Below, piece after piece: positions 31,025-45,193 of a stretch of 64,000 nt of DNA. The position numbers and the translations under genes were made by a program. Location of the stretch: NCBI RefSeq assembly GCF_009914755.1, contig NC_060925.1. The stretch is one strand, 5' to 3'. Every line of letters starts with the position of its first letter. Within the stretch, counting starts at the first letter, position 1. The DNA is from the human T2T-CHM13v2.0 reference genome, Homo sapiens. The notes below the pieces were generated by a model. That model was not told the origin of the DNA. It did not search any database and saw only the letters and a list, made by a program, of their open reading frames with translations.

Positions 31025-31345
31025 GGCCAGGTGCAGTGGCTCATGCCTATACTCAATACTCTGGGAGGCTGAGGTGGGAGGATCAATCGAGCCCAGGAGA
31101 TTAAGACGAGCCTGGGCACCATGGTGAAAACCTGCCTCTACAAAATACAAAAAAATATTAGCCAGGAGTGGTGGCATGTGCCTGTAGTCCCAGCTACTTG
31201 GGAGGCTGAGATGGGAGGATTGCTTGAGCCCAGGGAAGTCAAGGTTGCAGTGAGCCATGATTGCACCTGTGTACTCAAGCCTGGGCAACAAGTGCGATGC
31301 TGTCTCAAAAAACGAAAAACAAAAACAAACAAACAAACAAAAAAA
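31025..31345 (+). mobile_element. Alu (J-type)
   Basis: Dimer with (CAAA)n tail. Confidence 0.94.
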
Positions 31346-32680
31346 CTGACAGTATATATGAACAGCAGAACTCAACTTATTTCTAATACAAAAAAAACTT
31401 CATTTATGAGTTGTTTTGCTATCTAAAACTGGACTTCAAATATTCCAAATACTCGAGACTCCTAACATTTTCACAAAATTGTAAAATGCTCAGATGACAT
31501 GAACTATCAAATACAATATTAAGATAGTATTTCAAAAGAAAGCAGAAGAAAACTTTTCAGAAGGGGCCTATGCTGAAAGACCACTGTATTACCATATACA
31601 AATCTACACTATCTACAATGCATGGCAAAAAAAATATTATGTCCCACAACCAGGATTTGATACTTTGATCTGACACATACCAGGGTCTGGCAATTGTCAC
31701 AACAAAACCACTAGAAATGTTCCTCAAATCAAAGTATTTATGTACAGTCTATATAATCTGGTTGTGATATTAATTCAAAAGCCTACCCTGTAGCAATAAA
31801 GGTAATTAACTTATTACATAAGTCTGTCTTTTATTGTTGCTAATCATGATATTTATGATGAGCACTGTGTGTTCTAGTTCTTTTCAGGATTATCTAGACA
31901 TAGTAAGCTCCAAATCTTTTGTGTTATGGCCCTGAATACTTTATAGGAAATCTAGGCAAGAAATATTGTGAAAAATTTGGATACAGAATTCTTTATTTAC
32001 AACAGTGACTTAGCAAAGGTTGAGAGCTGATAATATTTTAAGATAGTCTTCCTTTATATTTAGTATCAGGAAAAGCTATGTCAAATGTTTTATGTAAACT
32101 ATCCAGTAGACTAACCCTTGCTAATATGCTAATTACAATATACTGTCATAGTGTTAATAGTAATATCCACTTCTCTAAGTCAAAGTCAAAGATGATGCAT
32201 AAAGCACATTTTTTAATAAAAAATTTTAATTGGGAATTAAATGTAAGTAAGATAAAAGTAGATGTCAAGCCTGCCAGACTTCACATATCTGGATGATGTC
32301 TAAGCACTCATTAATTGTCCTATGCTATCTAGAACTATAAATCAAAGCATACTGTGGTAACTCAATGTGTTTCCATTGTATAAATTAACTAAAAATGATA
32401 TAAAACATATTAAAAAAACAAAAACACTACCAACCATGTCTTTTCTAATTGAGACATGAAATATCAGAACTGGAAAGACCATGTTGTCATAGAACACACG
32501 TGTAAAGTTGAGTTTAAGTCTTTTTTTGGAGTTTTTCTAAGAGTTGAGAAAATCATATTAAACCTAAAATTTTAGTGAAAACATTAATTTTGGCTGTAAT
32601 AAAAACACTACGAATAGATACTGAAAAACTTGGGGAATAATAAACAAAGCAGAATTCATGGTTACCATATTTACACATAC

Positions 32681-34185
32681 TCTTTGTTGTGTTTCAGTGC
32701 CACATGATCTGATTCAAAGTAATAAACATCAGGATCATCATCTTCCTCTTCTGTAATGTGCTGACTGGCACTCTCTTTGGCAGATGGCAAATGTCCAATA
32801 TTGAGTCTTGCCTCTGAGGGTGGTTTACTTACTCCTTCACTTCCATTATTTTGAGAGTCACAACATATCCCTTTTTCATTTTGAGAAATTTCACCAGGAT
32901 TTGTAGGAGATTGACTTACATTATCACTAACAGTTGCATTTGTTTCATTAGGACTAAGATTATTCTCCTCAAATTGTCCATTTTCTCTGTAAGGAGAACT
33001 GTTTTTAGTGGGACTACCTCTGGTAGGGGCTGCCCTTCGTGGTGAGGTTCTCAGAGTATAACGATGTTCTTGAGGTTCTGATAAAGACATCATTTGAGCT
33101 GAAACACAGTCTAGAACAGGAGATGGTTCAGGTTCTCCGGAGGCTGGCATACTCTCAAGACTTGTGTCCAGTTCGTTATTGGTGTTTTCTTTACACTGCT
33201 CTTTTGAGGCACTGCTATCTCCCACCACATCTACTTCCTCCTCAGAATCCCTTAAAGATGACTGAGTTTCAGAAAAGGGCCCTGTAGCTGGCTCAGTAGT
33301 CAGCTGATTAACATGTTCCACAGGCAAGCAGGCAGTTACTATTTTGTGGTCCTCCAACTTGACCTGCACTTGTGAATCTGTGCAAGGCACCTTATGGTCT
33401 ATATAACTGTCCTCCTTCCTACTATCAAGGAACATTGAAGTTTGGGTATCCGTATCCCCATTTTCAGCTACTGATTTTTCCTGTAACACATAGGAACCAA
33501 TGCTATTTTGTTTAGTGTTCCCATCAGGCTGACAGTCATCACAGTTTATAACAGCTGAATCACTGTCATCAACACCATTGACAGCCAAATAGCCTGTGAT
33601 TTCTTCAACTACTGCAGAATTAAGTGGCCCTTCCTCACTGACATTCACCTTTTTAATTTCCCTTTTCTCACAATCATCCAGTATAAGACATCGACAAGCT
33701 CGTTTAGTCCCTTGAAAATCTGCATCATTGTCCACTACTGTACTCCTCTGTTCTACTGACTCCTTGTCTGATTTTATAGGAGAATCTTCTTCTGAACTGT
33801 TTGGTGCTTCAGATCTAAGACAACGCTTAATTCTTTTTAAAACTGGTGAAACAGGTTCTGTTTGCCTTCTCTCACAATTTTCTATAGCCTGCCTTTCTAT
33901 GTTATCCTTTTCTGAAGAAGAAAGTCCTCTTTTCCTAGGGCTTACCCATGATTCTCGGGTACTCTGCTGTTTTAAATCAGTGGTTCTCCCATTATTATTT
34001 CCTTTCTGAATTGGCACAGGCTCTGGTCTCTTCTTTGGTGATCTTGATCGTACTTGAGAATTAGAAGAGATTTCTTCAGGATGCGCAATGCTACGATTCC
34101 TTAAAGTTCTACCACAAAAAGATTCATCCAAGCCGTTTAACCCCACTGTTGATCTTGTAACACGAGTAGATCGGGAAGCAGCCAT
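32681..34185 (-). CDS. ZZZ3: ZZZ3 first coding segment (aa 1-501 plus 2 nt, phase 2): disordered, acidic, Ser/Pro-rich N-terminus of ZZ-type zinc finger-containing protein 3
   Basis: [28 protein letters not shown]...[13 protein letters not shown]; ATG at 34185 in strong Kozak context (AGTATGG); donor AAAGA|GTATGT at 32681/32680. Confidence 0.97.
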
Positions 34186-34236
34186 ACTATGGCAAGTCCC
34201 TACAATACGGTCATCATGATCCACTCATTGGGAAAC
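32681..34236 (-). other. ZZZ3: Giant internal exon (1556 nt: 51 nt 5'UTR plus 1505 nt CDS)
   Basis: Acceptor TTTTGTTTACATTTTTGAAG|GTTTCC at 34237/34236; donor AGA|GTATGT. Confidence 0.92.
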
Positions 34237-34720
34237 CTTCAAAAATGTAAACAAAATAATGAGAAAAAGGTAATAGTTAATATACCCAGAACGAAAGTAT
34301 AAAGCTATAACTTTTTAATCCAAGTATACTTGGACATTACAGTCTATAACTATCTATATAACTGCCAATATTAAATTATGTGATAAAAATTCTTTAACGT
34401 TTCCAATAATGATATAAATTATAGCTAACAAGCATACAGTACTTAATATGTTCCATGAGTCTTTCTATATGCCTTACATACATTAACTCACTTAAGTCTC
34501 ACAACAACTCAGATAGGTGCTACTATCATCCCTACTTCACGAATGAGATTAAAGCACACTCTGAATATTCTATCCAAGGTCACAACTCTAGTAAGTAGCA
34601 AGGCAGGGCTCTAGAGACCATAACTGCCTCACTGTGTATCTGCCTCTCAGGCATAAAACACCCAGAAGAGATCTATCCTAAAGATGTGATTTCATTTTGG
34701 TCATTAAAATAATAATCTTC

Positions 34721-35030
34721 GGCCGGGCGCAGTGGCTCACACCTGTAATCTTAGCACTTTGGGAGGCTGAGGCGGGAGGATCATGAGGTCAGGAGTTCAA
34801 GACCAGCCTGACCAACATGGTGAAACGCTGTCTCTACTAAAAATACAAAAATTAGCCAGGTGTGGTGGCACACGCCTGTAATCCCAGATACTCAGGAGGC
34901 TGAGGCAGGAAAATTACTTGAACCCGGGAGGCAGAGTTTGCAGTGAGCCGAGATCATGCCACTGCACTCCAGCTTGGGCGACAGAGTGAGACTGTCTCAA
35001 AAAAATAAAAAAATAAATAAATAAAATAAA
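34721..35030 (+). mobile_element. Alu (S-type)
   Basis: TSD taaaataataatctt. Confidence 0.95.
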
Positions 35031-36360
35031 TAAAATAATAATCTTGAACTTATATAGCAGCTATCTTTCAAAAAACTATTCCAATCATTTCTCGTGTTCT
35101 TTCAAAATGTTCCCGGTATACAGAAAGGCAGGCTCTCCTCTTTTTAATTTACTTTTGCTAAAATGAGTTTCAGATCAAATCCCTTAATAATAATCTGGCA
35201 TCCAAAAATTTTTTATTGCAGTATAATTTTTCATAACTAAATAGACAAAAATCACAATGCTAGCTTGCATTGGCTAAGAACAAAACAAAGCAAACCCAAG
35301 CCTTCCTAGTCTCTAGAAATAAAGCCATAAATTAGCAAGTGAAAGGGAGTGTTCCAAAGACCAGAAAAGAAAATGGGGAAGAAGCCTCTGAAGCAAATAC
35401 TTACATTTAAGAAATCAAGACTACTCCTGTAATCCCACCCTTTCCTTCTTTGAACTCCTGTGTATAGCATATGCCAGTGCCAGTTTTAATGTGTGGTTTG
35501 GGAGATGAGCAGGTATTCTGGTGTGGATGCTTGAGGTTTATATGACAGAAATGTAAGGGATATAGAAAAATGCCTTGATTGATCCATTTGGGTAAACTAG
35601 TGATTTGGTGATATTTTCCAGAGGCTCTCCCATCAAGCAGAATAAAGGAGCTGTTAATATTTGAAGTCTCTATTCCCCGACTCCTCTTCTGTTTAGTTTT
35701 CACAAGGTACCCTGTCATTTTATTTCCTAACTTTGAATGAGATGCAGGATGATTAGTTAGAGAAAGAGGCCAGTGGTGGCAATAGTGCAAAGTTTCACAG
35801 TCCCTTCCTCCTGCCTTTGGTCATCAACAGTCTCCCTTCTCATGTAAACCTCCAAATGCCATTCTGACTCCTACCCCTAAAAATCAAACACAATTTCTCC
35901 TTGCTTCAACTAGAACTATCTAACAGTGGAAAGTTTGGAAGAATTATAGAAGACACAGCAACATGCTACCACATATAAAAAAGAAACACTACAGGAAATA
36001 ATCTCCCTGTTCCTGCCTGCTGACAAGTGAATTAAGTGAGAAAGTACCCTGTAAAATATTTAAGTTGCCTGAGTTTAGTGTTGTCTCAAAGTATGGCATA
36101 CTTTTAAATTTTTAATTAACAATTTTTTTAAATCTTATAAGAATCACAAAACTAGCCCTGGAATTAAAGCATGGTTATATGTTCTACAGAATTTCATAGC
36201 AACCAAGTGAACAATAAGTACAAGACACAAATCAGAACTTAGAAACACATTTCTTACAGTAGTAAACTTTCATTGTTTGGGGGATTCATTAAAAGAACAG
36301 CTGACATTTAATTATCGTTTGCTAATATATTATCATGAAGATTACAATCTGTTTCTTTCA

Positions 36361-36817
<457 letters not shown>

Positions 36818-37261
36818 CTAAAGGGTTAAGATTACTTATTTTTAAATATTAAATATGTATGTAAATGCACAAAAAAAGCATAAGGCTAAGTTAAATTTAA
36901 TAACTAAAATGCCTACAAAATCTAATACATATTATCTTTAATGTAAATTCAACTATACTCATAATTTATGGTTCAAAAATAATACTGACAATAGAAATAC
37001 TTTATAAACACACAAAAGAATCTGTTAGTCTTTACTTTTTAAAATGCAATCCCAATTAAGGGCATAAAAACCTCTTAAATTATTCCAATAATAAGACTTC
37101 CTTAACCTTTTCTTTCCACACCAATCTGAATGGGAGCAAAATTTGCCTTGCAGTACAAACTTCTCAAAGAGAGACTATTTTGGATGAAATGAACCTATTA
37201 TTAGTAGTACTAAAAACCTTTTTTTTATACATATATTCTTTACTATAAAATATCACCTATA

Positions 37262-37558
37262 AGCTGGTCATGGTGGCTCAGGCCTGTAATCCCAGGACTT
37301 TGGGAAACCGAGGTAGGTGGATCACTTGAGCCCAGGAATTCGAGACCAAACTGGGCAACATGGCGAAACCCTGTCTCTACTAAAAATACAAAAAATTTAT
37401 CCAGGTGTAGTGAAGCCTGCCTGTAGTCCCAGGTACTAGGGAGGCTGAGTGGGAGGATCACTTGAGCCTGGGAAGTCAGGGGTGTAGTGATGTGACTGCC
37501 CTTCAGCCTGGGTGATGGGAGCAAGGCCCTGTCTTGAAAAAAAAAAAAAAAAAAAAAA
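37262..37558 (+). mobile_element. Alu (J-type)
   Basis: Dimer plus polyA. Confidence 0.92.
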
Positions 37559-37603
37559 TCACGTATAGTGAGGCCTATCTTAATTTTTCACCATTCCACT
37601 GAT

Positions 37604-37670
37604 TAAAATATGAAAACACTGATTAATACAAAAGTTAAATAAAATATGAAAACACTGATTAATATAAAAG
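37604..37670. repeat. Tandem duplication, period 36
   Basis: taaaatatgaaaacactgattaata(c/t)aaaag twice. Confidence 0.85.
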
Positions 37671-37814
37671 ATTAAGGTTCTTTCCATTTCTTCTGTACCC
37701 TAAAAATGCTTTTATTTCACTCAATAACTAGAACAAAGCCCTAGTGCTAGGATTGTCAAATTCTGTGCTATTGGGCTGTATTGAAAGAGAACTTGTTTTA
37801 TAACAAGGATCCTT

Positions 37815-37960
37815 GTGGTACCTCAGGCTCTTGCAGCTCAATCACGGGCATCTCCTGGAAGCTTGTTAGAAATGCAGAATACGAGGCTCCGCCCCAGACC
37901 TACCAACGAATTAGGCTCCTAGGTGATTCATGTATGTATTAGGGTTTGAGAAGCACTGCC
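37815..37960. mobile_element. MER5A fragment
   Basis: 'cctggaagcttgttagaaatgcagaat...ccccagacctac...gtttgagaagcactg'. Confidence 0.8.
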
Positions 37961-38364
37961 TTAGGCTAGTGAACCCAGACAGAATTCTAATAAGATAATA
38001 GTCATCAAGTTTCAAACTAAATTAGAACTATTTATAAAATACCCTTTAATTTCTTACTGGATCCTAATAATAAAAAAATTTATAAATAAGACCAAGGAAG
38101 CACCAAATGGAAGACTATAAAAAATCTTACCTGAAATTAACATGTGATGTGCACTTGAGGTAATAAACTGGTTAAAATTATTAAGATCAGAGTTAAACAA
38201 AATTTTGCTAATCTTCCCTCTGATCATTTTTTTCTGTTCTAACCTTTTTCTTCATATCTTTTCTATTTTGGATAGGCATATATAAAGGTACACACTTTCT
38301 ATAATTATCTAATAAACTGAGTGCAAAATTCAGTTAATAAAAAGGGACCAAAAATGTCTAGATT

Positions 38365-38509
38365 AGCCAGGTGCAGGGGCAGGGAAGTGGGGGCACCTAC
38401 AGTCACAGATACTCAGGAGGCTGAGGCAAGAGGATCACTTGAGCCCAGGAGTTTGAGAACTGCCTGGACAATAGTGAGACCCTTTCTGTTAGAAAATAAA
38501 AAATAAAAA
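38365..38509 (+). mobile_element. Alu monomer (FLAM/FAM-like)
   Basis: Single arm plus A tail. Confidence 0.8.
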
Positions 38510-39884
38510 GTCTGTATTATCTCAACCAAGTCTCAACATTGTTTTGCCAAGCTTAGCAAAATATTATAGACTAAAGCAGTTGTTTTCCTCATTTTAGCTG
38601 CATTGCAAAATGTTTCTTAAGAATACAATAAAGAAGCTTAGAGTACAAAATTATATTTCTGCCAAATATTGTTAAGGAATAAAAATGAACTTATTTACAA
38701 ATTATCTCAGGAAATAACCCTGTTGGCTAACAAAATAAGAGGTATATGGTAAAAACCTTAGCCAGCATCCATCTGAAATTAGAAATGCAATCAATCTAGT
38801 TTTAGAAATAAGGGAAGCCATTAATTAACATATTCATATGGGCAAAACGCAATCTAACTAACAACTACACTGGAGTTTTTCCTATATGTTATCTACCAAA
38901 TAATGAATGGTTGCACTTTCTAGAATTCAGAGAAAAAAGAGTGTGGTCAGTAACTAGAATTAACCAGACTCCCTCCCTCTCTTCCCCACCTTCATAAATT
39001 CTCATCCTCTTGGAGGCCATATCTGAGAAGGACTAGTCAACCGAATTTCAACTTGTCCATTCATATTAAGCCCTCAATCCTACCTATAATTTCACATATC
39101 CTACCCACATATTTGCTGCTGAATTGCCCTCTCATAAATTTGAATCTACTGTTACCCAAATATAACTATAGGATTCTGAAAAACACTCTTTGAAGCATTA
39201 TCAGCTACATTTCAGGTCATAAATTTCCAGCTCCTATGATCATACCTGTAGAACTGTACGCATAAGAACTAAAACAGATAATAATTATTAAACAAAAAAG
39301 GCCCACCTAATGACACACTTCTCCAGCTATTTACTTAAGAGAAAGAAATTTCAAAAAGATATTTCAAAGACCTTGCCTATAAGCTTTTGTTCCTACTATA
39401 ATCACCAAAGTGGTACAGTTTATTTTGGGAATTGAGCAGCTGGCAATCTTCCATCACACCAATGGTTTAGCTGATATTTATTATCATAATATTTAGTTTT
39501 ATTAAGTGAAAAATTTTTAGTAAACTGGTCATGATACCAGAATATATTCACATAGACAAACCAAAGTAAAAGGAAAAAAGAGCAAATGCAACTGGAAAGT
39601 GTAACCAATATGATTCTTTTTCTAGTTGTCTAAACATAAACTATTTAATAACGTTGAGGCCATGTTTGTCATATAATTATTTTAAGACAATACCTCAGCA
39701 GTGCAATTACCACCATATCTATAATGTTAAAAGTAGAAGAGTAAAACCTGGCTGGTAACCCACCCATGCAATTCAACTTAAGGTTCTTAAATAGTCACCT
39801 CTTTGAAGTCTGGGAACTCTATTATGCATTGTTTTACATAAAGAGACTTCTTATTTCTTTCCCATTAAGAGAAACTGATATATG

Positions 39885-39966
39885 ACAGATGGTCGGTAGG
39901 TAGGTAGGTAGGTAGGTAGGCAGGCAGATAAGCGGACAGTCAGACAGACAGACAGACAGATAGACA
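39885..39966. repeat. Compound (AGGT)n/(AGGC)n/(AGAC)n microsatellite
   Basis: Seen directly. Confidence 0.9.
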
Positions 39967-40277
39967 AAAGTAAATGAACACACACTTTAAAAGACAATCA
40001 GGAAAAGGAAGTCAAGGAATTTCACAATGCCTCCTGAGTAAAAAATTCCAACATAATCAGTCACTTCATTTATACCCCATTGAAAAAAAAAGGGAGGGAA
40101 ATATTTCATTCCTAACCCATTCCCTGCAGCTCCATACTCCTATAAACAGCCAGCCAAACTACAAGTTGCCACCCAGAGGATGTATGGAAAAATAACAAGT
40201 CTCCCCATCTCAAAAAAAAAAAAGAAGAAGAAGTCAAACTATAGCTGTCTTCACTACTGCAAAACTAAATAACTTAC

Positions 40278-40431
40278 CTGTACAACCAAAGATCTATCAT
40301 TGTGGAAATATAATCTCTTTTCCTTATATCCTGAAGGAGTTGGAGCTATGATCTAGAATGGAGCTTAAGCATCAGGGTTTCAGACTCTCTCAGCTTCAGC
40401 CATGAAGAATACTAGAACCTCCTAAATTTTT
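40278..40431 (-). other. ZZZ3: 5'UTR exon (154 nt)
   Basis: Acceptor TTTTTTTCATTATTTTATTTTAAAG| (alternative TAG 10 nt inside); strong donor CAG|GTAAGT. Confidence 0.8.
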
Positions 40432-41147
40432 CTTTAAAATAAAATAATGAAAAAAAAGGATTAAAGAAGATGATGAACTTATGCTAATAGATTTACTCCT
40501 TCTATAATAAGAAGAAATACAGGTACAGAAACTGTTCATAGTGACATCTTTCATGCTTCTCGGTAACTCTGTAGCCTCAAGAATACTAAGAAACTGAAAT
40601 AGGATTTTTAGAAATCAACAAAAGCAAACCAAAAAGATACTAAAATATACCAAATCCTTACAACTCAATATTAGTTTGAACTGAGTCAAAATGTGACTTG
40701 CTCTTTTCTAGACATTGCTCTAAGGGAGTATTTTTTTTTTTTTTTGCGGTGATAAAGGTTGCCCTTGATAGCATTTCTCATAACAGAATTTATAATATCA
40801 TCTCGTACTCTTGTCCTAGAGGACTTCCCAAATTCTCGACATCAAGTATACATAACCATTTAGGTTATGCATAAAAGAATCACACAAATAATCAACCAAA
40901 TCTTCTATACCTATAGGAAAACCTTGATGCTTATTCAAGTGCTACAAAATTCAATTACAAAAGGACATTTCTATTATTTTTGGCATATGTATTTTTAACA
41001 AGAACAAGAACAACAAGGATTTTCCGGTTTTAGTACCCAATTAGCCAGACAATTTAATTAATCTAATTACATTCCATTTCTTAGAACAGTCTGGTTAATT
41101 TTTACTATATAATAATTTATTATGATATCCTTTTCAAAGAATGTACA

Positions 41148-41449
<302 letters not shown>

Positions 41450-42212
41450 AGAATGTACAATCTGCTAAATGGGTTACTATGAGTGCCCATCTGAAAACAA
41501 GGAAGAGGACTAAGAAAACGACCAGCAGATGTTTATGACAGAAACTGTCGCTTTATTATAAGCATAAAACTAGATATTATAATAGTGATACATTTTGGGG
41601 AAAGCATTACAACTTAAAGACTGATATAATTACAAAATCTTGTAATTACTAGGCAGACTTACTGCATAATAAAAATAGGTTACTGCTCTAGTCAGCTAGA
41701 AAGAGAATAGGGATAGTAATATCTAATATCTATAGATGCCACCTCTCCCAAACATGCCCTGGAAATGCTTTAAAAAGCACAAGGTAGGAAAATTGTCTAA
41801 TAACCATTTAATACTACAGTACATTAAGAAATGTTCTAAGTTAACATGGGGAGAAGCTCAGCGAAAACATGATCCTACATAAAGTAACCCTTGACTTGAA
41901 AACCCACTCTTCTTATAACAGACTCCAAGTGACAACTCCTTTGTACCAAACACTGAAGCCTTTCACAAACATGGCAAAACATTACGTTTTACAGTGTGTG
42001 ATGGTAGTAGCAATCATCAAAAGCAAAGAACATCTACAACTTAAAGTATATCTCTGAGCATACTGGAATGTGCCCTAGTAGCACTCTATCAAGTTCTAAT
42101 CAACCACATAACTACTCTATTTGAATAGAGTTCACTATAGGAAGATTATCCACTACGATATTTAGCAGGCAAGAACATCTGCAACTGTTATTTTCACAGA
42201 ACTGATACTTAC

Positions 42213-42275
42213 AGCTGAGCTCTATCAGCATTAAGATAGACAGGATCCTGCAGTGTTTCTTAAAAGCCTGATACA
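42213..42275 (-). other. ZZZ3: 5'UTR exon (63 nt)
   Basis: Acceptor GTTTCTTTTTCAG|; donor GCT|GTAAGT. Confidence 0.75.
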
Positions 42276-42350
42276 CTGAAAAAGAAACTTCAATCAATTA
42301 CTTCTAACTAAACCCCACATGGCCTTAATTAAGATTACATTATTTCTTAC

Positions 42351-42484
42351 CTTTTAAAAAGCGTTTTGCCTAGTATTTGATCCCCATGCGTCTGTATTTA
42401 TCTGTCATCACTGTTAATTGTCCATGTTACACTGAGACTTCAGGTATTATTTATTTATATGGTTGTACTAGAATAACTTGATAT
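42351..42484 (-). other. ZZZ3: 5'UTR exon (134 nt)
   Basis: Acceptor GGTTTCTCTTCACAG|; donor AAG|GTAAGA. Confidence 0.8.
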
Positions 42485-43142
42485 CTGTGAAGAGAAACCA
42501 TAATATAGTCACTATAGATGTGTTACCGTTTACAAATTTGTGAATAAAATTGGTAATATTTCCAAACACTTATATAGCACACTTCATTTTCTACTAAACT
42601 TCACAAGTAATTCCTTACATTTAGCTGTGAAATATGTGTCTTCAACAAACTAAGATGATTGGCTAACACTTCCAAGTTCTTCTCAGGGAGTACCCACATA
42701 CAAACATTCTAAATTTAATTCCATACTTAAACCCTTACAAATTGAAGAGCTCCTCAGGTTCCTTTTCTTACCACCAATATAGACATATGTCATTTTCCTT
42801 AAGTCTACAATTACTCTCCATTAATAGAAAAAGTACTTTTTTGTGTGTTTTATATTTTAGGGAATAAATCTATAATTAAAAATGAAGTAAAAAAAAGATA
42901 ATGACGGTCCTTTAAATGTCACTTTAAACATCTGATATCTTTCTTAAGTAATTTTGGAAGTAAACAGAAAATAAATGTTATTTAAAATAAACTGACATGT
43001 AGGTATACAAACATTCCTTAAAGGTAAGCTTCTTAAAAACAGACTTGGTTGACGGTTACAAGTTGGAGAAATAGATCTACACACTTACATTGATGACCAA
43101 AAGCACCGTACAGAATTTTAAGTCATTTTAACCAGTTTATCA

Positions 43143-43600
<458 letters not shown>

Positions 43601-43790
43601 TGAAAATGCAGATAACCTTACACATGCTTTCTGGATAAAACTTGTTATTAGGGGTGTCAACCATTCAGATATTCTCAGTGAGAAGTTTCATTAACAATAG
43701 AGCGATTAAGAAACATCTATCCTCAAACACAATTCCTTATTCACTTGTTTTCAAACATTAAAACTATATAAGTAACACCATAAAAAAATT

Positions 43791-44018
43791 AACACTTTGG
43801 GATGCCAAGGCAGAAGGATCGCTTGAGCCTAGGAGTTTGAAACCACCCTGGGCAACAAAGTGAGGCCTCATCTGTACAAAAAAATAGAAAAAGGTAGCCA
43901 CATGTGGTGGTGTGCGCCTGTAATCCCAGCTGCTAGGGAGGATCCTTAGAGGGGCAGTGAGACCTGATTGCATCACTGCATTCCAGCCTGGGTAACAAAG
44001 AAAAAAAAAAAGAAAAAA
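43791..44018 (+). mobile_element. Alu (J-type, partial)
   Basis: 5'-truncated dimer. Confidence 0.85.
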
Positions 44019-44887
44019 CCGATCTAAGTATTTTTTAAGTTTAAAAATTGTCATGACATCTCTTGTAACAAAAAAGCAAGGAAATTAAACTAGCCAAAAC
44101 TCTTGTAGCCCCTGTATTGTGTTCTTCACCTCATTCAATATACATTTCAAACTCAAGCATTCTGCAAAACTGTTATATGCTTTTTGCAGCAGAAACACTG
44201 CTTTGAATTATGACAATACACAGTAATTTTTTCATTTGAATTATTTAACTACAGTTACTTACTTCTAGAAGTTTAAAAAACAGCATTTTGTCTTTTAAAA
44301 AGCATACAAAATAGAAAACAAACTATCCAAGTCCTATTCCTAAAGCCATCTTATTTATTCCCTTGGAACAGAGCTTTGCTTGTTTTCATGTACTAATAAA
44401 ATTCATTGACTATTCAAGCATTCCAAAGCAAACCCAAAACCAATCTTCACTGAAAAGAATTACTTTTCCTACTTCTTGCAGTCTTAACACTGGTACTACT
44501 GTGTTAAATAGATTACGTGATCTCAGATTCACAGCACACATGTAATCACTTCAAAAGACTACGTAAATCTCACTAGAAGATACAGCCCTAGTGATATAAC
44601 CAGGGTATAAGCCACACAACTTACTATTAAAATAAAACAATGAAGTTCAAAGTTAAGCACAATCCCTAAATTCTCAGGCAAATTATTTTTTAGTTTTATA
44701 AGAGCTTGGAAAAAATTCAAAAGGAAGGTCATACAACAGAGTCATATTTATTACCTGATTCTTCACTTGTTGTAAGTGAAAGTATCACATATAGGCACTA
44801 TACTATGATTTTAAATGATTTTATAAGAAAGAGACATTCAACGTCAGTTGTAAAAAGCATAAAGATATGGTCAAAGACAGAAATAAC

Positions 44888-45193
<306 letters not shown>

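Noticed and set aside
32851-34009. Plus-strand ORFs overlapping the ZZZ3 exon
   Set aside because: Short antisense shadows of the coding exon with no independent support
32671-34224. 517-aa ORF as listed, with N-terminal extension [13 protein letters not shown] and C-terminal EYV*
   Set aside because: The listed start is a GTG directly after a TGA; the real start is the Kozak ATG at 34185. The last residues run past the splice donor into the intron.
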